From a virus (taxonomy: Duplodnaviria > Heunggongvirae > Uroviricota > Caudoviricetes), in the IMG/VR virus record IMGVR_UViG_3300030294_000676: DNA of 64,000 nucleotides. The stretch is one strand, 5' to 3'. The position numbers and the translations under genes are program-made. Positions 57,000 through 64,000 of the stretch are shown here, piece by piece (position 1 is the first letter of the stretch; each line of letters begins with the position of its first letter). The notes beneath the pieces are model-generated. The model was not told the origin of the DNA. It saw nothing but the letters and a program-made list of their open reading frames with translations, and made no database searches.

Positions 57000-57278
57000 T
57001 TATTTTGTATTTTTAGGCCAAGTTAAGGCTGTTAGAATTGCTTTTAATTTTTCTTCGGTTAATAAACCATCATGATCAAAATTATGAATACAAATTAAAT
57101 CTGTAATCTTTTTAGGATCTTTATGATCAGAAGAACAAATCCATATCATTTCATTTGCTTCACCAACACATCCTAATGACAGATGCCTATCACGACCTAA
57201 GTCATAGATTAAAGCACCTGTTATTGTAAAATGTGGGAGTGGATTAAATCCTAAAGCTATTGCTTCGTCTTTAGTCAT
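57000..57278 (-). CDS. hypothetical protein (92 aa)
   Basis: ORF track. Confidence 0.5.
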   Translation of the reverse strand: MTKDEAIALGFNPLPHFTITGALIYDLGRDRHLSLGCVGEANEMIWICSSDHKDPKKITDLICIHNFDHDGLLTEEKLKAILTALTWPKNTK

Positions 57279-57280
57279 TA

Positions 57281-57505
57281 TTAAGAAAATTTATATTGTT
57301 TATTAAGAAAATTATTTAAATCATTTAAAGAAATATTATTATCTTTATAAGGAAATGCTAAACCTTGTCTTTCATCTTCAATATAATAATTTCCTAACCA
57401 AAGAATTCCATTAATCCATTTATATTGAACATAAGTTTGTTCAACAATTCCTGTTTCAATTGCTTCAATTTCTTTTAAAGCAAGTATTACTTCATCTTTG
57501 GACAT
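57281..57505 (-). CDS. hypothetical protein (74 aa)
   Basis: ORF track. Confidence 0.5.
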   Translation of the reverse strand: MSKDEVILALKEIEAIETGIVEQTYVQYKWINGILWLGNYYIEDERQGLAFPYKDNNISLNDLNNFLNKQYKFS

Positions 57506-58269
57506 AATTTAAAATTTTTGAATAAAACATATATCATAGCTAAAGCTACTAGTATGAAAATACCATCACCAACAGGTACACCTGGAGGACAATCTTCATA
57601 AACATATTCCCAATATCCATCAACCCAATGTTTACCTTGACATCCCCACCAATAACTCCAATAACCTTCATGCCAAACCCAACGACCACAATCTTGTGAA
57701 TGATCGTTACATCTTTGAGCTATGTTCAATGCTTCTACTTTATCTTCAGATTTAGTTTCTGATAAAGATACAGCTGATTCAGTAGGAGTAGATTGTGACA
57801 TAGATTGACTATGTGAAGTATTAGTTAATAAGGGAATATTTGGATAATTTGGAGATGTTACAGAAGTATTTTCATGACTATAGTTTGAAACACTTTGTTG
57901 TTGTGTTGAAACTTGTGATGAAGTAGAATTCATATGTGAAGTTATATTAGATACATTCACATTAGATGTTTGAATAGGTTCAGCTTGATATTCTACAGTA
58001 GTACTAGCTTTATAATTTAAACCAGCACTTGAGGGCAATGCTTCATACTTTGGAGTATGATAAGTAATCGTATGAGAATCCGATTGGTAATTCGAAGGAC
58101 TACCAATTGGTGAGTATAATATTACAAGTAAAATAATACTTAATAAAATACCTAAAATAGTTAAGAGTTTTTTCATATTATTTTGTATCAGGTTCGTAAT
58201 AAACTTTGTCTGGAGTTGATGGTCCACTAAAGATTTTAACCGCAGCAAAGCCAAATACAAGTGCACCAA
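57487..58269 (-). CDS. membrane-anchored Ser/Thr-rich protein with a Cys/Trp-rich domain (260 aa)
   Basis: N-terminal transmembrane helix, long S/T/N/Q low-complexity stretch, CNDHSQDCGRWVWHEGYWSYWWGCQGKHW..., C-terminal transmembrane helix. Confidence 0.55.
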   Translation of the reverse strand: MVHLYLALLRLKSLVDHQLQTKFITNLIQNNMKKLLTILGILLSIILLVILYSPIGSPSNYQSDSHTITYHTPKYEALPSSAGLNYKASTTVEYQAEPIQTSNVNVSNITSHMNSTSSQVSTQQQSVSNYSHENTSVTSPNYPNIPLLTNTSHSQSMSQSTPTESAVSLSETKSEDKVEALNIAQRCNDHSQDCGRWVWHEGYWSYWWGCQGKHWVDGYWEYVYEDCPPGVPVGDGIFILVALAMIYVLFKNFKLCPKMK

Positions 58270-58676
58270 GTGCTACTAATACTATAAACAGAAAAGAGTA
58301 AACAGATTTCTTTTTAAATTTTGTCATGATTAATTAGTTTTAAAAGTAAAACGGGGTGAAGATTTTATTGCCATTGTTATTTAATTCATTCAATGCATGG
58401 ACTTATATCTTCACCCCTCAATAGTTTAATAAACAACCTACGCTTAGGTTGAGTGAACTTCAAAGCTACCAACTTTTTTATATTCAAATAATGTCTTTAC
58501 TCTTAAAGACCAATTTCTGAACTTTTTAGCACCCTTTTCATTAGCTACATACTTTATCAGTGTACTGCTTATGAAGTTAGGGTCTTGCTGAGAACTTCCA
58601 ATAGTTTAATAGTTGCATATCTCATACAGCAACATCTATTCTTTATATTACTATAAAGTTTCTAATCAGGATTTAG

Positions 58677-59087
58677 TTATTTATATCGAGGTAAATCTTG
58701 TTTAATTTTACTATATTCATTTCCTCCAATCATTAATCCATTTTTGTAAGCATGAATTTTATTTTCAGAATCAGTACACCATTCAAGATTTACTAATGAA
58801 TTATTTAATTTATTTCCATCTATATGATTTACTTGTAAATTTTCAAAGATTGGTCTAAATGTTAACATTACTATTCTATGAACATGTAATGTTTTTATTC
58901 CATTTCTATTTTCAGCAGTAAATCTTAAATATCCAAATTTATTAGGAGATAATTTTAATATTTTCCCTTTTAATTTTCTTCCAATTTTAGATATTCTATT
59001 TAAACTTCTTATTCTTCCTAAATTAGAAACTTGATATATTTCTTCATATTCAGGAATGTCTTTTCAGATTTCTTCTATTTCTTGCAT
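58677..59087 (-). CDS. NUMOD4 + HNH_3 homing endonuclease with an in-frame TGA (59064..59066) at the universally conserved Trp. The ORF track shows only the C-terminal 63 aa
   Basis: Minus-strand ATG at 59085-59087 gives MQEIEEI[TGA]KDIPEYEEIYQVSNLGRIRSLNRISKIGRKLKGKILKLSPNKFGYLRFTAENRNGIKTLHVHRIVMLTFRPIFENLQVNHIDGNKLNNSLVNLEWCTDSENKIHA.... Matches the NUMOD4 consensus EIWKDIPGYEGLYQVSNLGRVRSL with the TGA in the W position. Confidence 0.65.
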
Positions 59088-59294
59088 AATTATTATTTCA
59101 GGAGGTATCCTGTATGTTTTATTTAAATGTATAAGCAGTATCCTTGTGCAAAGGGCTGGTGATATACATCGAGAATATATTAACGACATGCCTTATGGCG
59201 GAATCGAATATACTATCTCATATAGCTTCATACGCTATACTACCTATTTATACACTGTATGAACGAGTATTTATCAGGATTTTTTGTTGTATTT

Positions 59295-59753
59295 TTAAAC
59301 TAATTCGCTAATTTTAGCGATCCGGGCTTCATACTTAGCGATTTTTTCTTGACGATTTTTCAATTCTTCGTCATAAGCTTCTTGTTTAGCTTTCATGGTT
59401 TCTTTCAAAGCTGTAATATCATCTTCTTTCGATTTGATATTATTCCAATAAATATCGGAAAATGCTTTGATCGCATCATTCGAACTGATTTCATCCGGCT
59501 TAATAGCAAGATAAGCTTCTTCCAATGCTTCTTCAGCATCTTCTAAAGCATCGGCATGTTTGTCGGTAATTAGCGCGAATTGAGTTTTGGCAGATGACAT
59601 GTTTTGTTCAACTGCTTTGATTTTGTCGCGGAACATTTTGATTTGTTTATCAAAGAACTTGTCAACACGACCACTGTCGTCTAACTTCAAAAATGCCATT
59701 ACTTTGGCTACTACTTTTTTCAATACTGGAGCTGATTCTTGTTGTTCACTCAT
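59295..59753 (-). CDS. coiled-coil hypothetical protein (152 aa)
   Basis: ORF track. Confidence 0.55.
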   Translation of the reverse strand: MSEQQESAPVLKKVVAKVMAFLKLDDSGRVDKFFDKQIKMFRDKIKAVEQNMSSAKTQFALITDKHADALEDAEEALEEAYLAIKPDEISSNDAIKAFSDIYWNNIKSKEDDITALKETMKAKQEAYDEELKNRQEKIAKYEARIAKISELV

Positions 59754-59803
59754 AACTTTAATTTTTAAAAATTTAATTGATTTATTTTAATTATTTTTAT
59801 TTG

Positions 59804-62461
59804 TTAATCTTCTGAAAGATAAATAAAATCGATTTCATCATCAAAATTCTTTGATGCTATAACAGAATGTTCTGATGCAAATTTATAAGGAATATTCAAT
59901 AATTTATTCATTTCATTGTGGATTAAATTACCAATCTCTTCAGATGTAGCTTTACGAACGCAACTATTTTTAAGCATGTGATCTAAAGACCAACCACCAT
60001 CACCAGCTTCAATATGACAATCGAAACCGTCTATTTTAATTCTAGTAATTTTTGCTGTAAATGGATATGATACTTTAGTAAGTAGATTTTTACGATTACA
60101 ACGACTTGACCACAATTTAGGTTCTCTAGTAATTGTAATATAATCACCAACAGTATAACCTTCATATAATTTTGATTTAGGTTCAGTTCGTGAAATATGA
60201 TCATTAATAATCTTATTAACAACTTCCATATCAGCTAAATGCGGAGTATCCCAATAAGTATGTGCTGAATCTTTTTTCCATACTCCACGATTAATACATT
60301 CATCATATTCAAAATGATCTGTATGAACCTTAAAACATTTACGAAAATTCTTAGCATTTCCACTAGCATCTTGCGAATACCATTTACTTACTTCGAATTT
60401 TGATGGTGTTTCAGATTTTGGTTGAGTATATATCTTACAATACAATTCAGAATAATCACGTTTTACTGTTTCAAATGGAACTCGTTCACATACAGTTATA
60501 TCTTTTAAATAAATAAATCCACCGTTCTCAAGACATTTTTTATTACAACAATCATAATAAATTATTGTATCTATTCTTTCTTTTTCTAATTTTGCATCAG
60601 TAAATAGAAAGATATAACTATACTTTGATAAAGTTACCCTATAAAATTCATTATGTTGAAAATTCAAATTAGGTGATGTACTTTCTGGTTTATAATCCTT
60701 TGGTAACACTTCAAAATCAGATGAAGTAGAATTGTTTGTTGTATAAGTCCAACCTTTTTCAATTTGATAAGAAACAAGTGAAAATTGATCAAGAATTTTA
60801 ATAATATCACCTTTTTTTAATGATGTACTTTGTGGATGATCCACAGTTGCTCTTAAATATCGACCGGTTAAATCGTCTTCTGTTGACATAGGTTCTTCAA
60901 ATTGAGTTTTTGCAAATGCTTCAGCTTCAGATTTAGTAGCAAACCATTTAGCTTCACTAGCTTTAGATAAATTACAATAATCAGTTCCATTATAAGGAAG
61001 TGATACTTTAACAGTTACTGGACCATTATCTCTTATTATTTTATCAATAGTTCCTTTAGGATGTCCACCATAATCTTTTAAAAGCACAACATAAGTGCCA
61101 ACAGACCATTTTTCAGGTTGAGTTTCTTTAACAATTTCTGCCCAAGTATTTTTATCAAAGTCAAATAATGTAACTTTTTTGTCACCATCTGTTATAACTC
61201 TTTTATTTTCTTTAAAAAATGCAGGAGTTTTTAAAACAGTATATTTATCATTTGAAACCACAGGAGACATAACAATAGTACCAATAGGATAACGACGAAT
61301 TGCTTCGTCTAAAACTTCTTGAGTATCACGTTCATTCCAATCTTTTTTCGCTAATTCAACTATTTCAGCCCATTTACCACAAAGAAATACATGACATTGT
61401 CTAGCTTCATCACATACATTATTTCTTGGATCAATTGTTAATTTAGATCCTAATGTATATATTGATCCAGTTGGTTTATTTCTGTATTTAGTTCCAATAG
61501 GATACCTTTTATTAGCTTCAGCAAGAAGTTCTTCTTTAGAAACTTTAGTCCAATCCTTTTCTGTATTAGTTGAAGTTTCTTTCAAAACATATTGTTTGAA
61601 TTGAGTAAAAGTTATTTCTTCATATTCACTAAGCTTATCAGTATTTTTTGACAAACTATTAAACTTACCAGGACTTATACATAACCAATAATTTTGTACA
61701 TTACTGTTAGTCCACCCTTTTGATTTAAATAATTCATTAGCATAAGGAATAAGAAGTTTACCTTCAGCTTCAGAAGTAGCTATAACACGCCATTTTAATG
61801 GTAATGTGAATTCTTTAGGTTTAAATACCCATTTTTTAAACTGATCCATTGTGAGTTCAGGAACTTCTAAATGATTTATATTATTCCAAGCACCATCTTC
61901 AAATAAATAACCGGCAGTTCCTCTATATTCATCATCATAACGAGATGTTTTTTTTCGCCATTCACTAATCAATTCAAAATCAGGCATAAGTTTATTAACA
62001 GCAATACACCATTTTTTAGGTAATGAAGTTAATTCAGAATTCCATAAATCATAAAGAATTTGAGCTCTTTCTTTAGGATTACTTCCTTTTAATTTTAAAT
62101 AAACTTCTTCATATGGACAAGTTGCACCTAATGAAATATGATTTTCTAATCCGTATAAAGAAAATGATCTTTCTTTGGTTTCTTTAAGCCACCTTTCTAA
62201 TAAATCATCAGAAACAAATGGATCATAACCTAAAAGTTCTTGAATAGTTATTTCTGTTTTATTATTACTATTATGTCTTGAATAAAATTCTTTTTCTCTA
62301 GTATTAACTATATAAGGCCATGTTCCTCCACTAAATTGACGATATAAAGTATCTTTAGGAACAGAAGTATTCCATCCTTGACCTATTAATTTATCATATA
62401 CTTTTTCAAATATTTCAAAAGTAATAGACGGATTATATTTTAAATATTTATTCTTTAACAT
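59804..62461 (-). CDS. very large repeat-containing protein (885 aa), paralogous to 46194..48347
   Basis: Two RYPIGT modules (EANKRYPIGTKY; EAIRRYPIGTIV), GKWAEIVE / TWAEIVKE, and C-terminal KWFATKSEAEAFAKT shared with the 717-aa protein. Confidence 0.7.
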   Translation of the reverse strand: MLKNKYLKYNPSITFEIFEKVYDKLIGQGWNTSVPKDTLYRQFSGGTWPYIVNTREKEFYSRHNSNNKTEITIQELLGYDPFVSDDLLERWLKETKERSFSLYGLENHISLGATCPYEEVYLKLKGSNPKERAQILYDLWNSELTSLPKKWCIAVNKLMPDFELISEWRKKTSRYDDEYRGTAGYLFEDGAWNNINHLEVPELTMDQFKKWVFKPKEFTLPLKWRVIATSEAEGKLLIPYANELFKSKGWTNSNVQNYWLCISPGKFNSLSKNTDKLSEYEEITFTQFKQYVLKETSTNTEKDWTKVSKEELLAEANKRYPIGTKYRNKPTGSIYTLGSKLTIDPRNNVCDEARQCHVFLCGKWAEIVELAKKDWNERDTQEVLDEAIRRYPIGTIVMSPVVSNDKYTVLKTPAFFKENKRVITDGDKKVTLFDFDKNTWAEIVKETQPEKWSVGTYVVLLKDYGGHPKGTIDKIIRDNGPVTVKVSLPYNGTDYCNLSKASEAKWFATKSEAEAFAKTQFEEPMSTEDDLTGRYLRATVDHPQSTSLKKGDIIKILDQFSLVSYQIEKGWTYTTNNSTSSDFEVLPKDYKPESTSPNLNFQHNEFYRVTLSKYSYIFLFTDAKLEKERIDTIIYYDCCNKKCLENGGFIYLKDITVCERVPFETVKRDYSELYCKIYTQPKSETPSKFEVSKWYSQDASGNAKNFRKCFKVHTDHFEYDECINRGVWKKDSAHTYWDTPHLADMEVVNKIINDHISRTEPKSKLYEGYTVGDYITITREPKLWSSRCNRKNLLTKVSYPFTAKITRIKIDGFDCHIEAGDGGWSLDHMLKNSCVRKATSEEIGNLIHNEMNKLLNIPYKFASEHSVIASKNFDDEIDFIYLSED

Positions 62462-62700
62462 GTCTTTTTAGATTTAATTAATAACTCTGGTACATAATAC
62501 CGTTGAATACACGCATGAAATTGATTTCTACTATTAGATACTCGAGCAAGATCAGCTTCATTACAATTAAATTGCAACATAACATAATCAGGCAAAAGTT
62601 CTAAGTTCTGTAACTGACGACACACTATTTGGGATAACGGAGCAACAGCTTCGTCAGTCCAAATAGCATTAGTGTCATTAAATGTTATGAGTTTTATCAT
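62455..62700 (-). CDS. hypothetical protein (81 aa)
   Basis: ORF track. Confidence 0.5.
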   Translation of the reverse strand: MIKLITFNDTNAIWTDEAVAPLSQIVCRQLQNLELLPDYVMLQFNCNEADLARVSNSRNQFHACIQRYYVPELLIKSKKTC

Positions 62701-62702
62701 AT

Positions 62703-63119
62703 TTAAAAATTATCGTACCACCATTTTTTGGTGAACACATGACTACCACAAATTAACCACAATAAAGTTATTCCAAATAAAAGTATAGATGATATAATAC
62801 CACATATATAAGAACATTTAAAAATAATTGGAAGTTCTATCTCTTTGGTTTTATTACCAATATATGAATCTTTAAGTTTTATTTTATTAAATTCTTTACG
62901 AGGAACATCAATAAATTCACCAAAATCATCTTTATATGTAACAAAAATTTGTAAATCATTGTCACCAAGATCCCACATTCCAGTAACAGTACCTTTTTGA
63001 TGAATAATCGTACCTTGACAACTTGGATTATAACAAAAATATCCAAATGAAAAACACATAAAAAAGAATATTGCAATAAATATTCCTTGTCTTACGTAAT
63101 CTAATATTTTAATTATCAT
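62703..63119 (-). CDS. membrane protein (138 aa)
   Basis: N- and C-terminal transmembrane helices. Confidence 0.55.
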   Translation of the reverse strand: MIIKILDYVRQGIFIAIFFFMCFSFGYFCYNPSCQGTIIHQKGTVTGMWDLGDNDLQIFVTYKDDFGEFIDVPRKEFNKIKLKDSYIGNKTKEIELPIIFKCSYICGIISSILLFGITLLWLICGSHVFTKKWWYDNF

Positions 63120-63199
63120 ACTATCTAGATTTAATGATGTTAGTTATCATCACTGCAGCTATCGCTACAATGATGATGATTCCTAAGGATAATTGCATG

Positions 63200-63520
63200 T
63201 TACAATTTATTAATGAATTTGTAATAAGAATCAAAATTAGAATTACCTCGATCAGGAGACATATATTCACATTCCCAACCAGCTTTGTGATAAAGAGATT
63301 CGAAATCTAAATATTTTTTATCATATAAATGTCTTTCAAATGATGAACGATTTTCATATTCAGTTTGATCCGGATGATTAAAAGCTTTAGTAATGATTTC
63401 TTTCTTTGTAATTGTAAAAGACCCACCATTATATCTTTCTTCAATCAATTGATTCACTGAATCAATGATATAATCAGGTAAAATACGTTTAACCTGATTT
63501 GGTCTAATTGGTTCAATCAT
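63200..63520 (-). CDS. hypothetical protein (106 aa)
   Basis: ORF track. Confidence 0.55.
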   Translation of the reverse strand: MIEPIRPNQVKRILPDYIIDSVNQLIEERYNGGSFTITKKEIITKAFNHPDQTEYENRSSFERHLYDKKYLDFESLYHKAGWECEYMSPDRGNSNFDSYYKFINKL

Positions 63521-63765
63521 TTTACTTGTAAGATATTAAAGTATCAGACTTTGCATTCCATGCTTTACGCATAATTTGCTTTTCATTTTGAGATGAGGTT
63601 AATATTTTACCTGCTTTAACCTTTTTGTGTTTAGTAACCACTTCGGATAATACAATAGTTTTTTCCATTTTTAATTTGTTTTGAGTTTATACATAATGTG
63701 TTTCGTCCAGCCTCTTCAGTAAACTTTTTAGCCTCTTCTGGATGAGGTGAATAAAAACGCAGCGG

Positions 63766-63797
63766 ACGTTATAACCGCTGCGTTTAAATCAAATAAT
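63766..63797 (-). terminator. 10-bp hairpin (aacgcagcgg / ccgctgcgtt), likely a terminator after the partial gene at the window end
   Basis: Strong GC-rich inverted repeat in an AT-rich intergenic region, flanked by A/T runs. Confidence 0.45.
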
Positions 63798-63873
63798 AAT
63801 ACTAATATACTTCACATTTCACAATGTTCTGTATAAATCCAATAAAAATTTACAAATACTAACTATGGCTTAG

Positions 63874-64000
63874 TTATTTTAAGAGAATTTTAGCAAATGA
63901 TGTATCATTCTTCATTTTCTCAATGAGTTCTTTAGAAGACATTTTCTTGGCTTCATCAAGTAATTTATTTTGTTGATCGACAACACCTAAGCTTGTTTTA
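63874..64000 (-). CDS. C-terminal end of a gene that continues beyond the window (partial)
   Basis: Open minus-strand frame ...KMSSKELIEKMKNDTSFAKILLK* with TAA at 63874..63876. Confidence 0.4.
   Translation of the reverse strand, partial: KTSLGVVDQQNKLLDEAKKMSSKELIEKMKNDTSFAKILLK

Overview
This window is AT-rich and gene-dense, and essentially every gene is on the minus strand. It reads as a segment of a large virulent tailed phage of a low-GC Gram-negative host; no integrase or host housekeeping genes were seen. Adjacent genes often overlap by ATGA.

The clearest protein calls are a T7-like family A DNA polymerase N-terminus (partial, at the window start), ferritin, ClpP, RNase HI, radical SAM, two metallophosphoesterases, methionyl-tRNA formyltransferase, NAMPT plus an NMNAT-Nudix protein (NadV/NatV, NARP2-type NAD salvage), an HAD phosphatase, an NDT-like protein, AAA and MoxR ATPases, an SPFH lipoprotein, a GspS-like ATP-grasp protein, an OmpA-like outer-membrane protein and several HNH homing endonucleases.

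Between 16.2 and 28.5 kb lies a minus-strand array of about 26 tRNA or tRNA-like genes, including an initiator tRNA-fMet, with a few outliers at 41.3 and 51.0 kb. A phage tmRNA (ssrA) sits at 36.49-36.89 kb.

Most interesting points:
- In-frame TGA codons fall exactly at conserved Trp positions of three HNH endonuclease genes and one other gene. The only tRNA with a CCA anticodon in the array is structurally atypical (type-II-like), so it is a candidate UGA reader.
- Several tRNA-like genes have non-canonical anticodon arms.
- An approximately 950-nt ORF-free, GC-clustered structured region embeds tRNA-Arg next to an HNH gene and is a candidate large ncRNA.
- There are two tandem arrays of small paralogous genes (4 and 5 copies) and two giant paralogous proteins that share repeat motifs.

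All coordinates and RNA structures were derived by eye without tools, so ends may be off by a few nt.
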